From the NCBI RefSeq assembly GCF_001194135.2, contig NC_069001.1, positions 33,199,955 through 33,263,954 on the forward strand: 64,000 nucleotides of DNA, read 5' to 3'. The DNA comes from Octopus bimaculoides. Taxonomy: Eukaryota. Shown piece by piece: positions 37,080 through 51,419 of the stretch. Both the position numbers and the translations under genes were made by a program. Below the pieces are notes generated by a model that saw only the letters and a list, made by a program, of their open reading frames with translations, was not told the DNA's origin and did no database searches. Position 1 is the stretch's first letter; every line of letters begins with the position of its first letter.

Positions 37080-38290
37080 CGTATGTGTATATACCACCAT
37101 CCTCATCATTACTCAGTATTCGTTTTCCATGCCAACATGTATTAGATGGTTTGACTGAAAGTGGTAAGCTGGAGTGCCAGTCTGATTCTGGCATGGTTTC
37201 TATGGCTGGATGCCCTTCCTAATGCCAACCACTCCAAGAGTGTGGTGGGTGCTTTTTACATGTCACTGACACTGCTTATGACTACAAGTTTGCTTGGCTT
37301 GATGAGTCTTCTCAAGAACAGCAAATTACCAAAAGTGTTGATCACTTGTCATCACCTCCATGAGACCCAACATCTAAATCTCATGCTTCACTACCTCATC
37401 TCATGTCTTCCTGGGCACTAACAACCACTGTACTGAGGGAACATCAACTACCACCCTACCACCCCAAAGTGTGTATGCATGTGACCAGGGACCACATGTG
37501 AACTAGTATTCCCATTGAAACCCCAAACGTGACGCTGGTCATAGCTGGCTCGACCCACCCTGGGTGAAGCCTGTGATGTGTACAAGTAAGTATCCTACTA
37601 ACGAAATACCTAGTTACTCTACTAAAGTGGCAGAATAAGACATAACACATAGGAGACAGAGGAAACAAATTAGCAGTTTCACATGAAACAAATGCGTAAA
37701 CAACCAAATGGTTCAATGGTTTACAGTTGTGGTAACCTAATTTTTCTGTAGCATTAATATTAGAAATGTAATTTAAACTAATTACAATGAAGTAATTATG
37801 AAAAATAAAATGTAGGTTGGATAAAGTTGTTAACAGAGTAGACTATATTAGATATCAACTTTTTTCTAATGGTTAAGTCACTGCTGCACCTGACACCATT
37901 TCCATGGGTCTGTGAGGTTGTTGTGGGGAAGGGATGAAGTTATTCTTAGAAGAGAGAAATGCTTGTAACAGAATGGATTTAGTTTTAAAGGCTGCAACAG
38001 GCCCAGGGGTGGCAGTGGTGTTGGTGGTGGTGAAATGAGTGACAAAATATGTCTACTACAAGGAATTGTATAAGAGAACTACATGCTGGTTGGTGGTTAG
38101 TTTCTAGTAAACCAAATCTCTAACACTAACACACACACACTTGTACACATCCACTCACATGCATGCACATGCACTTACACATACATTCATACACACTCAC
38201 ACACGCACACACATACACATGTACATGCACTCACAGTTGCATACACTTGCACATGCACACACACTCATGCACTCACTCTTGCATACATGT

Positions 38291-38328
<38 letters not shown>

Positions 38329-39230
38329 TTGATTCCTGGTTGAAATGCTTCTCAACATTCACTTCTTGGTCAAATGTTTGCAGCTCATATTTAAAAAAAA
38401 AAATGCCTAAGAATGGCAGAATTATTAGAGAATCTGGCAACAAAATGACTTGCTGTTGTTCTTTCATCTATTTACAGTCTGAGTTCAAATCCTGCTGATG
38501 TTAACTTTGCTTTTCATCCCACCAAGATTGATAAAATAAAGTACCAAGCAAGTACTGAGGTTGATGTAATAGACTTAGCCCATCCCTTCAAAATTCCAGG
38601 CCTTGTACCTAAACTAGAAACAATGATAAACCGCCCAGGGGAAGAGAGACTCACTTCAGCTCAACATTGAATACGAAGACATGAAATATGCAGAGCATAT
38701 ACATACATACATATATAAAGTGTATATTATTATTCACTGTTCCAGTTAGCCTCCTGCCGATTCAGTCCCTGGCCAGCTCTGAACGCCACTCGGGCCTTGC
38801 CTACTTGTTGTGGCAGAACCGACAACAGTAAAAGACTGGAACCAGCTATGACCTATATGTGCACCAGGTGCACACAACCCTTCAGAATTATATGAAAATA
38901 TGTAGTCTATTGACTTTTATTATGCATGCTAGCAACAGGTATGAAATTTTTCTAAGTTTTCTACCCTTTTAATTTTCACAATAAAATTTTCATATTTTCA
39001 CATTTTGAAGGGTTTCTTAGCTAAAGCAAGCTTCTTACCACACAGTCACACCTTTATTCTAAAACTCAACTGAAACAAAAGTAGTATATTTCAGCAGAAA
39101 TATGGTAAGAAGAGGATTAAGCAGGAGCTAAATGGATCCTTATAGAATGGCAAACATTTGAAACAGATCTTTTGGTTTCCTGCCCGCCAATTCAGAAGTT
39201 TCATAACATTTTTGATGCCAAACACCAGGT

Positions 39231-39442
39231 TTAACTCTTTAGCGTTCAGACTATTCTGTCAAATGTAATACTTATTAATTCAGACTGTTTTAAATTAATT
39301 ATGCATTACCTCATAGCTTTGAGATTCTGGTGATGTGACTGTTTATTTGTAGAATGACATTGTAGAGGCCAGGTTTTGACAGTTTGAGGATAAAACAAGG
39401 TAGAATATTTTGGCTGGATTAAATAAATATTAAAAGGGTTAA
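39231..39442 (+). mobile_element. MITE family 1 inserted at a TTAA inside a family 2 MITE
   Basis: Host sequence CAAACACCAGGT-TTAA...TTAA-CACTGACAAAGTTATTTTACTAAATTC rejoins around the duplicated TTAA. Confidence 0.8.
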
Positions 39443-39580
39443 CACTGACAAAGTTATTTTACTAAATTCTTTATTTTCAAAACTAATTGAGACAAAGGCA
39501 ATGTAGGATTTCAGTAGAAATATAACAAAAGTGTTTTAGTGTTCCATTCTCCTAGCCATTAGCAAAGCATGTATCAGTTA

Positions 39581-39955
39581 TCATCATCATCATCGTTTAA
39601 CGTCCGCTTTCCATGCTAGCATGGGTTGGACGATTTGACTGAGGACTGGTGAAACCGGATGGCAACACCAGGCTCCAGTCTAATTTGGCAGAGTTTCTAC
39701 AGCTGGATGCCCTTCCTAACGCCAACCACTCAGAGAGTGTAGTGGGTGCTTTTACGTGTCACCCGCACGAAAACGGCCACGCTCGAAATGGTGTCTTTTA
39801 TGTGCCACCCGCACAAGCCAGTCCAGGGGCACTGGCAACGATCTCGCTCGAAAATCCTACGGGAGCCAGTCAGGCGGTACTGGCAACGGCCACGCTCAAA
39901 ATGGTGCATCTCATGTGCCACCCGCACAAGAACCAGTCCAGGGGCACTGGCAAAT
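39581..39955 (-). mobile_element. Young RTE-tail element (family C) with internal GC-rich duplications; older copies at ~29450-29660, 37095-37270, 40490-40690, 47145-47330, 50745-50860, 55962-56170
   Basis: CpG-rich. ATGTGCCACCCGCACAAG...CCAGTCCAGGGGCACTGGCAA occurs twice. (GAT)n tail. Confidence 0.88.
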
Positions 39956-40395
39956 GAATACAGACAGTGTGATATAGATATAATTCACTAACATCTCCCC
40001 TACTTCATTTTAATCTTTATTCGCTTTATGTCAAAGTAAATAATTTATATATCATTTCGCTATGAAACTATACAAACCTGAATACAAACAGAATGACATA
40101 GAAAACTCCTTCAAAGCTGAGATTTATTAAAGATGAATCATAATAAATCAGCAGAAACTGAGGAATTATATACGACAAACAACAGAAATATCAAAGTATC
40201 ATTGTCAGAAAATTATAGATTTTTGAGGAGTGTGTCAAAGGAAATAATACAAGCAAACATTGGTAAGAAAAGTTATCATAGATCGCTTAAAGGGGTGAAA
40301 TTATACAATGATATGTGTTTATAAACATTTGTACATTTATATGTATTATATCATTACATTATATTATATCATTATATTATTTATATTTATATATA

Positions 40396-40436
<41 letters not shown>

Positions 40437-41862
40437 TTATATGTGTATATATATATATACATGCATATATCAACCTATCTATATCTATGTAGCATCATCA
40501 TCGTTATCATTTAATGTCTTGTCTTCTATACAGACATGCATTGAGTGGTTTAACAAGATTTGCCAACTCTGAAGATTGTGATACGTTTCAATGTTGACTA
40601 AAGCCTAGTTTCTACAGTTGGATGCCTTTCAAAACACCAGCCACTTTACAGAGTGTACTGGATACTCTTTCTTTTTTATGTGACACCAACACTAGTGATA
40701 ATCACCAAAACCCTTTATCAACCCATCCTGTTATTCTTTCAACTCTACTCGTTCCTTTTTCTTAATAACCCTTGTCACTAATCCCTTCTTTCTCCCTTGT
40801 TCCCTGAGAGACTTCTCCTTGTCCTCTCCACTTATTTACCATTCTTCATCCTCCCATCTGGAATCATTACCCACTTTCTATTCTATTCTAACTCAGTTAC
40901 AGGGGCCATTCTAGGGTCTTAGCCTTGCAAGTTATGAGGCAATCATCTCTAGTGGTGGTGCCATGAAAAATGCACCCTGTACATTAACAAAAGTTTAATT
41001 AAAAAATAACAAAAAATATAAATGCATTCTCCTTTCAAATGGCCAATTATTAAACATGAAGTCATTGAAACATTAGCTTAAAAGAAAACATTCTGATAAG
41101 ACAAGTAAACACATTTGTTCGTAATAAAGCAGAAAAGTTTCAGTTGCATATTTTTAGAGAGAGTTTTGTTTCAGTAGTAATATCAAAAGCACTGGTAGCA
41201 AATTCCTATTATACTTGTGATTTTCAATGAGAATATCAATAACAGTGTAAATAGTAGCAGAAGCAAAGAAGTACCAATTCCCTTGACTTCTCATGTGTTG
41301 TTGGAGAGTTTCTTACTGGTAATTATTAAACTAAAAAAGAACTTTATTATTCTACACTTTGTCAAAAAATAAGAGTGTGAATTGCATCGTTTGAAAATAG
41401 TTTCAATCAGTCAAAGAATGCTGGTTGTGTTTGAATCCTTATATAAAGATTGTAAAAGTAGTGCTGGTTATTTAAGACTGTTCGGACACGTTGCTTTACA
41501 ATATCGTTGTTTGTTTTCTGTCTGCCAGTTGTCGAAAACTGCTGCTAAACAGCAGACAGAATTCTTTTTCTTCGTTCATATCTGATATATTATTTGGGGT
41601 TTCTTTTAAATAGGAACTTCTGTGAAATGTATTTTTTGTATTGGTATAGGGAGATGATTGCATTATCTTATACACCCTTCAAAGCCAACAGATTAGCAGC
41701 AGCTTAGCTTACTTAGCCAATGAGAGAAGCTCTAAACTGTGACTCAATCTGATAGAAATAGCAACCAAATCTCCCTCATATCACATCCTACTATGTTAAA
41801 AAAAAAGAGTAAAACACAATGAATAATGTGGTCCAAGGTACATTGTACCTAAAAAAAAAAAG

Positions 41863-42409
41863 AGGATCTTTTCGGCTTGGCTGCCAGCCTCAATTCCTTT
41901 CGAATTGATTTCATATTCAGTGTAATGATACACTTTTAGAGGCTAATGAATGATGTGAAAATCATTTTCACTATAAATCAATAAATAAAGTTATTAGCAA
42001 TTAAAGTTTGAAAATTTTGGGTAATTTTAGCCAATCGTAAGCCACAGACACAATCATGCCCATTTCCATAGCAACAAGTGGGACATGAAAATTCTTTTGT
42101 GTGCGAGAAAGCACATGCCTGTTTCCATAACACAAAAGATGTATTCTTTCTTCTTTCTTGACAACATGTGCTATTTTCAGGATGTTGACGACAAAATGTG
42201 CAGTCACGCACAAAATGACAGCTTCGAAATCCTGTTTCCTGACTGGGTAAAAATGATCAAACTTTAAACCTCTATAACTTTTTAAAAACATTTTTCTGGA
42301 GAAAGTGAAATAACTCCAGCAATTCAGCTTGGAAAAGTATATTAATGTGCCAAATTTTAAAATTTTTGATAAACTTTTGAAATGCTAGCAGCCAAACCAA
42401 AAAGATCCC
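41863..42409. mobile_element. ~550 bp non-autonomous DNA transposon with ~26 bp imperfect TIRs
   Basis: Left AGGATCTTTTCGGCTTGGCTGCCAGC; reverse complement of right end GGGATCTTTTTGGTTTGGCTGCTAGC. TSD not resolvable (A-rich flanks). Confidence 0.75.
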
Positions 42410-43626
42410 AAAAATACAGTATGGTTGCAGCTGACATGTCATTTGTCATAGGTCTATTCAACCAGGTTTGATCGGGGGGTCAAACGACAAGCATTGCAAA
42501 AAAGGGACTCCTCCTCCTCCTCCTCCTTGCTGCCACCACTAATATGTAGAAGAAAAACAATTTCATTGGCTTTGTTTCAAGTCATAGAACATTCTTGATA
42601 ACATTCAACAGTATGTTTACTTATCAAATTCAATTGATATGGAGAACAGAACATACATTCCATAAAGTGTTTCATCTCCTTAATCTATGATTACAAATGA
42701 TATTTAGTTGCCATGCATGGAGCTAACATTTTCATAGGTTCAGATGACAAATTACATTAATATATATCAAGATAAGATATTAAATACATGCTACGACTCT
42801 AAAAATGTGTAGCAACAGTACATATAAATACTGGAGGGAAGGTGAGCTGAAATAAGAAGAAAATGGCTATTGGAGGTGTGAACCAGGGAGCGTAAGCAAA
42901 AAGATTCCATTGGTTGACATGTTCCATGTATGAAGGCTGACATTGGGGTGGAAAAAAGCTACAATAATCCATATGGAAGGAGTCAAAGAAGGCGAAGGCA
43001 AAGACTGAAGAAGACATAGTAAAGGTAGAACTCAGGAGATGCTGCGCCAGAAGAGACCCATCATACGTGTAAAATCAGAAACACAGATACACAAAAGATG
43101 GAGAGACACACAATGCATAAAGACAGACAAAAACAGGCAGGCATACGTAGACAAAAACAAGTCCACACACACAAACACAAACACAGATGTGCGCACATGC
43201 ACATACATACATAGACAGACAGACAATCTTTCAATAAAGACCATCAGTAAACAAACAGATAATGACACAGATTAAGATCTGACATGAATATATCATAGCA
43301 AGTTGATTCCAACAGTTGAAATTACCCAAGTAATTAGTAGACAAAAACTCCCTCTAAGGCTGTTTACAACACTTGATTCAAAGACCAGATCTATTCCAAA
43401 CTGCATTATTTACCTTCTACATCTTCCCAAAAGTTTCATAATTTATCTTAATGGCATAGCATCCCTTGTTTAGATTTTAAATGAGGATATTTTTGTTATA
43501 TAATTGCTTAGACAATCATCTCGTTTGATAAAAATTTGTTCAAAGGTACCATGCATTGAGACTGAACCTGGGACCACATAGTTGCAAAGCAAACTTCTTA
43601 ACCACACACCCATTCCTGCACCTATC

Positions 43627-43850
43627 ATATTGGTTTCAAGTTTTGGCACAAGGCCAGCAGTTTTGAGGGAGGAGGTAAGTTAATGACATCGACCCCTCCC
43701 TGTGTCCAATTGGTACTCATTTTATCGACCCCAGAAGGATGAAAGGTAAAGCTGACCTCAGCAGAATTTGAACTCAGAACATGATGACAGATGAAATGCC
43801 ATGAAGCATTTCGTTTGGTGTGCCAACAGCTCTGTCAGCTCACCACCCTG
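43627..43850 (-). mobile_element. SINE family A copy
   Basis: TATTGGTTTCAAGTTTTGGCACAAGGCC...GAATTTGAACTCAGAAC...CAGCTCACCACC. Confidence 0.85.
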
Positions 43851-44159
43851 CCTGCATTAATCGGATTAGCTACATTTTAGATATGTAATATCCTATGAAT
43901 ACAAACCAAGGTCTCCAGGGACATTTCACCTCAGCTTATATTCACTATCGTCATCATTGTCATTATCATGTAACGCCTGTTGATGATATCCAATAACAAC
44001 ATTGCTACTTAATTAAATATTATTGTCATTTCCTATATAATTCATCATACACATCTATAAACAAAATAAAATGAATAAATAAATAACTACAAATTGATTT
44101 ATTTTACAAAATATATCACACAAAGCATTTTTCTCCATTTTTTAAAAATTTATTTTCAG

Positions 44160-44470
<311 letters not shown>

Positions 44471-45421
44471 TTATTAAGGCAGCGAGGTGCCAGAATTGTT
44501 AGCATGCCAGGTGGAAAGCTTAGCAGTATTTTGTGTCTTTACATAATGGGTTCAAATTCCACCAAGGTTGACTTTGCTTTCATCCTTTCAGGGTTGATGA
44601 AATAAGTACCAGTCATACACTCGTCTGTAAATGGGTAACCCTGCAATGGACTAGCCTCTCAAATGGGGGGTGGAATGTTGGCCTTTTGTCCAGCCAAGAA
44701 GGGTTGCATCATTCAAAGGCTAAAATAATGCAAAGCGCATTGTGACAAGCGATATATAACAGCATCCAATAGTCTGATCGATCATGTGATATATGTATGT
44801 GTGCGTGACACCATTTCCACTTACTAAATTTCACTCATAATCTGTGGCTATAGTAAAAGACAACTGTCCATAGCTGAGGAGTAGGATTGACCCTGGAACC
44901 ACGAGGTTGGCAGACAAGCTCCTTAACTATGCAGCTATGCTAGAGAATAATTGTGAATCAGTTCTACTTCACTGTGCATTGAATTCAGCTCAGCCTAATC
45001 TAAATAATGATTGATGCTGATAGAAACACAACAGAAAAACAAGTCAGGCTGGAAGCTGCAGCCACATGTAAAGTGGTCAAGACAACAGGAAGCATTTGAG
45101 AAGAATTGCTGTAGTATTTAAACAGACAACACAATGTAGTTTCTACGTTGATTTATAGATAAAATTGATGAGGAGATAATATCAGAGTTTAAGTGCTATA
45201 GAAGAGATATCAAAATGATATTAAATTGTCTGGTTGTGCTAGCATAGACAGTGAATATACCATATTTGAGACTGTAGAGTTATTTACTTGTTAAATGGCA
45301 TTAAATAGCCAATCTAGCACCAAAAAGGAAGGGATTAACAAGCTTGGAATATAGATACAACATACATACGCACAGCCTGAGACATTTTGTATGCACATAT
45401 ATATATATATATATATATATA

Positions 45422-45513
<92 letters not shown>

Positions 45514-48500
45514 GAGGAGAAGAGTCGCTGCTAACCTAAACTAATTGGCATGCGATGAGAGTGCTTCAATAGATAAGCTACTAGGACCCAAGTGCATACA
45601 GGGGCTGGAGCTGTGGTAGCCTCTGTCCAGTAGGGAGAGAACCAGTGATCCACAGCCTACGCTTGAGCCAGTAGGTATAATTTAAAGAAAAGGCAAACAA
45701 AATCAAGGCAGGGCAAGCCTATCAGGTCATTTAAATTAGTTTAATGGTGAAATGAAGTAATACAACATAAGCAGTATTAGATTAAAATAGTTATCTGTAG
45801 GTCATACCCAATGCAAATACATTATAGAAAGTTGCATTGACTGCAGTATTTGTCCAGAGATAATATCTATTATGGACATAAAAACACAACCATATCAGTA
45901 ATAAGTACCACCGGCAACTGCAGGTTAAGACAAAGTCTGTCATCTGAAAAAAAAAAAAATTACTGACGTTGCAATTAGCTGGGATGCTGAGTAAAAATTC
46001 ATTATGTGCAGCAGAATTATTTAACACTGGTCATCTATAAGAGATTTTATACATTATGTGTGTATCTCTAGGAAAAATGGAAATAAATCTTGCAGATATA
46101 ACAAAACTACATTTTTTATGTAAACCATCACAGGAAAGAACTCGTTAAACATGTAATTAATTCCTGTTTAGAGCCATAATATAATACAATATAATGATAT
46201 ATAAAAATGAAATATAATGAAAGATGTCACCAGATTATTTACTATCGTTTTAGCCATCTCTAGATTTCATTCGGTCATTTCATATAACATTTGTTTATCC
46301 ATGTTTGTATGGCTTAGACAGGAGGAAACGGAGGCAGGAATTTTACAAGCTGGATGTTCATTCTGTCACCAAGCTTTACATGTTTTCCAAATCACCAGCA
46401 TTGCTAAAAAAGGGTGAGTGAAGATAGGGTACCCCAGAAATAAATTTGGTAAAGTCATGCTTTATATATATTATGATGCATTTAACTGTGTGCTTTTATA
46501 CATATATATATATATATATATATATGTACTGGGTGTCAATGATATCAACTAGGCCCCCACTTCCCCTTGTGTCTAAACTAAAAACAATAATTTTGGTAGT
46601 TATTATTGATGTTTGGCCCAAGACCAGGTCTAACTGAGAATGCTTCTGATCAAAATATTTTCTCATCTTTTCTCAGAAAATGGTATATGTGGAACTACAT
46701 TATCCAATATATCCTCCTTTCTAGACATAAGGGCTGATATAAGGGATAATTGGCTGCTATTTCTAGCATGTCAAGCACGAACATAGTACAGAAATCGTGT
46801 TGGTACTCATATATCTACAAAGTATTTCAGTGGATGAAAAGCACAGCAGAAAGGTGAATTACCTGAATAAGGTGTGGCAAAGAATCGTATTACTTTCATA
46901 CTTCATTTTATATCAGAATTTGTGATCAATAGCATTGTTCATTATATGTTTTAAATTAACAAGTCATTGGTTCAGAGGATTTCTGACAGTGAGAAGAACA
47001 AGGGAAGGGGTGCTGTTTGTGTAACTCAAGGCCCAGGAAAAATACAAGGAACTTCAAACAGAAAAAAAGTATTGCTTTTCTTCCAGCTTTCCTTCATTGA
47101 TGTTCATCAGCAAAACCTCTAAGTTCTCTCACACAAATACACACACACTACATCATCATTATAATCATTTAATGTCCATTTTTCCATGGTGGCATGGGTT
47201 AGATGGCTTGATAGGAACTGAGATGCCACAAGGCTGCACTGAGCTCTAAAGTTTGCTTTGGCATAGTTTCTACAGCTGGATGTACTTCTTAGCACCAACC
47301 GCTTTACAGAATATACTAGCTGCTTACCATAGTTTGAGAAGAGCCAATGCATGAAACTCTCAGCCCTTGAGTCATTCTAGCATCTACTGATTAATAAAAA
47401 CATACCTACATAAATATATATTTTTTTCCCCCAACCAGTCGCCATGCCTGATTGCTAAATCCACAGGTTTTTTTCCTCTCTTTCTGTTTATTTTCTCTAA
47501 TTCCTTTCTGTTGAAAAGTGTAGGCTCAAAACATAAAAGACTTTCTACTTTCTCCAATACAAGAATATGCCTCAAAAAGAATCACAGAAATCATTATTCT
47601 TTTATCTTTTACTTGGTTCAGTCACTGGGCTATGGCCATGCTGGGGCACCACTTTGAATGGATTAATCAAACAAATCAATACCAATACTTATCATTTAAG
47701 CCTGACACTTATTCTATCAGTCTCCTTTGTCAGGCCACTAAGTTAGGGAGACATAAGCAAACCAACACCGGTTGCCAAGCAGTAGGAGCAGACATCCACA
47801 CAGACAGAAAGACACACCCCCACACAGTTTCTTTCAGTTCCTGTTGAATAAATACATCGACAAGGCTTTGGTCAGCCTGGGGCTATTGAAGAAGACAGCT
47901 GTGTAAAGTGTCACATTAGAGAACTGAACCTGGACTCATGTGGTTGGGAAGTAAACTTCTTACTACATGGTCACGCTAATGTTGTCTATGTTATTGGCAA
48001 CATTTCCTGGAAATATTTTCTTTGTTTCTTCCTTTGTGTCGAAATAATTACATGATTAATCTCACAAACAGTTGAGAAGCAAGCAGTGAACCAGAGATTG
48101 ACTTGTTGTGCGTAGCCTTATACATTCAACAATGTTATTGTTTACAAACAAATGTAATAAAAAGAATTACATTAAGACAAAAATGCAAAAATAAACAAAT
48201 CAATAAATAAAAGATGTCAATCTAATTTCTGATTATTGATTTATGCAAAACAAATCCACAGAAACACACAAGTGTGAGGAGAGCACGGTGGGAGGAGAGA
48301 ACGATGGGAGGAGCAATGTAGGCTATCAGGATATTGAGATATTATTCCAACCCAGGTAGATACACACATTCTATGACATTAGATTACAGAAATCAATTGC
48401 AATTATAAAAGTAGTAATGGTAAGTGCTTCGTTAAAAGATGCTGTAAAGGACAAAGTAGAAAATCCTCTAATGAGGGGTGGTTACAGGTAGCATTCCTGG

Positions 48501-48682
48501 ATGTTCTGGTTTTTATTCTTGATGGTTAGAGACACTGGGACAATCATTGTCATTTGAGGTAGAAGGGTTTGAGAGCATCTTGCTAATTATCACTGCTCTT
48601 AATTAGCTGGCACAAATTCAGCCTTATCAGTTATCACAGTCCTTAATTATCTGTCTCTGTCTATCTGTCTGTCTGTCTCCCT

Positions 48683-48726
<44 letters not shown>

Positions 48727-49503
48727 TAGCAACTGTGAAAACAGCCAGTTATTGTTGTTGTTGTGATTGTCTGTCTCTAGAAACCCAGGTGACTAGAAAT
48801 AACAGATTGGAAAGGGGGAAGAGAAAGATGTCACCCAGAAGCACATGATGACACACAGGCCAAGGGAGAAACATCTACATGGCCAACCAATGTGCTAGAT
48901 ATAACAGCCAAATCTCTCAAACAAAACACCTTAGCATTTAAAAAAAAACATATACATTGGTTAATGGAAATAGCCCCGGATGTGATGGTCACAGCTGGAA
49001 TGTCTTTGGTTATAGGCATGACCATCATATCTTACAATCCGAGTCAACTTGGACTTCACAAACCTCATCGGATGTCACAACATTCTGTATGTCCTTTTGA
49101 ATAGGTGAAGGGATGGTATGTGTGAAACAACAGACCTGCTTATGAGTTGCAATAAGTCATATGCTTGTCTACCTACCTGCTGTAGGTCTGTTTGGTTTTA
49201 TCTATGTTCACCTGGGGCTACAGGAAATGTTGCCAATAAATAGTTTCTTTGATGTCTTTTAAGGTGTGTTCTTGTATTGAACTAAAGAGAAAATAATTAT
49301 CACTTCTAACTTAGGTACAAGGCCAGAAGTATGTGGAGATGGGGTTAGTGAATGAAATATTTTATCAACCTAAGAAACATGAAAGGCAAAGATTTGATTT
49401 CCTAACACACATGTACGTCGGCCAATACCTAACTCTCTTATTTTCTCCAAGAGCATATAAAATGAGTTTAATTTACCCCCAGTTGGGGAGATAAATGTTT
49501 CTA

Positions 49504-49794
49504 CAGTCTCTTCATGGTGTGTATATGGATAGCTCTTATACAACCGGTCTCTAAAGGGGTTTATATTTGAATAGCTGTAAGCCAGTATCTACACTGATAT
49601 ATGGATGGTTGTTAGCTAGTCTCTACAGGGTTGGGATAGAGGATATATGAAGAGCTGTTACACACCCAGTCTCTGAAGGATAGGTGTAGGCAAACAATTC
49701 TCTGTCAGACAGCCATTCTCTACAGTGTTTTTAGACAGCCAGTCTCAATGAAGAAAATGACAGCAGAGCATTTAACAGACAGCCAGTCTCAATG
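49504..49794. repeat. Degenerate minisatellite with recurrent CAGTCTCT motif
   Basis: Motif variants at 49504, 49545, 49583, 49617, 49667, 49714, 49740, 49784. Exact 18-mer AGACAGCCAGTCTCAATG occurs twice. Confidence 0.7.
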
Positions 49795-50648
49795 GTAGTA
49801 AGAAGAAATAAATGAACAAGAATACCAGTTACATAGCCAATTCATTCATGAATTAATGCACTTCCTGGACTGAACACAATTCAGAGTTAATGAAGTCGTA
49901 CCACTCCCATCAAGTATACAACTTGAAAACCATTTGTAAAAGAGTCACCTCCACAGCTAAAATATTTGCTTAATAGTCACCTCCTTAGCTAAAAGACATT
50001 GAAACAAAGAATTAAAAGAATTGATACACTTCAACTTTTCAGGTCATTTATTGTCTGATAATCAGGTGGTAACTAAATGCATTTCTGCCCTTCCCTTAAA
50101 TCAGAAAAGGTTAGTCAGTTTAAAGTACATAAATCAATGACTCATAGACATTTCTTAAGATGGCCAGTTTACACTGATGTAAAGTGTAAATAAAATACCA
50201 GCAGCTGAAAATCAGGAAGAATTAATCAGCTTGAAGGTCAATGTTGTTTAACAACTAAATGTTTGATTACAACAAAAAGGAACTGCTAAGTAGTCATTGG
50301 ACCAAATAAAAATACCAGCTACGTCCTCTCAATTCACATCCTACTATCAGAAGAAGTAGAAGCATCTTCATACACACACAATGGAACTTCTGCCTTCCAA
50401 ATTCATTCACAAGGCTTTGGGTGGCCCAGAGTTATAGTAGATGATACCTGCTCAAGGTGCTGTATGGTGGGATTGAATCCTAAAACAATGTAGTTAGGAA
50501 GCAAACTTCTTATTCTCACAGCCATACTTGTGCCTATAACCATACCTGTAGTTATTGTCTTACAATAAAAAAAAAGGGAGGATACATAAGCCAATATAGA
50601 AGCAGATATACAAAAAAATATGATGGTCACAACTAGAATGCTTTTGAC

Positions 50649-50720
50649 CAAGGTAAGTAAGAGTATCAAGGTAAGTAAGAGTATCAAGGTAAGTAAGAGT
50701 ATCAAGGTAAGTAAGAGTAT
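50649..50720 (+). repeat. Four exact 18-bp tandem repeats, each containing AAG|GTAAGT
   Basis: (CAAGGTAAGTAAGAGTAT)x4. Confidence 0.98.
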
Positions 50721-51384
50721 AGTTGTCCTTACATATAGGCATATCCCCTGTATCCCTCTCCAGCTGAGCATTCCTAATCTTGTGGGCTTGTGGGTGCTGA
50801 TGGCATGTAAAAAGCACCTGTACTGGTGCTGCATAAATGTACCTGTGCCGATGCTGCATAAAAGGACCCAATACTTTCATTTGCAGTTCAAGCTGAAGTT
50901 TTTTAGTGGTAAACCTAACAGAGCACTCATAGTACATATCTGTTATTTTACGTCAGTTGATGAAAACTTCTTATATATTCTATACAGATATATAAATAAA
51001 TATATATATATATATAGATAAATATAAAGTGTATGTGTAGTCAGGGATAGAGCACTTGTGTACCAACAATGCGTACTGACATATACATACTTACTATAAT
51101 AAACTTTGTTCATCATAAAGAACAAGTTTGAAACAGCTGTAGTGAACTGCAACCCATCTGTGTTATTACATATAAGTGTGTGTGTGTGTGTGGGGGGGGG
51201 GCAAATCAAGAATAAAACAAAATCAAAGACAGAGAAACCAAAATTCCAAAGGCCATTCGCAGTTTATATTATTAGGCTGACCACTAAAGAAGGAACAATG
51301 TTGTAAAGTATAACATTTTAGACATGATCCTTGGAAATTATCATATATGTATATACATACAAATATATACGCATACATATATAT

Positions 51385-51419
<35 letters not shown>

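Noticed and set aside
41514-41562. Small branched hairpin (TTCTGTCTGC/GCAGACAGAA)
   Set aside because: A 10-bp stem with no known RNA motif; within chance expectation for 64 kb.
42850-43015. Possible RTE C-terminal fragment (RFHW..HV..MKAD..W.KK)
   Set aside because: Needs several frameshifts to align; too decayed to call.
45810-45945. Minus-strand exon candidate after a strong T13-CAG acceptor
   Set aside because: No convincing donor or recognisable peptide; poly-T tracts are common here.
49504-49794. CRISPR-like repeat-spacer appearance
   Set aside because: Repeats are only ~8-18 bp and degenerate, spacers are related to each other, the context is eukaryotic and there are no cas genes.
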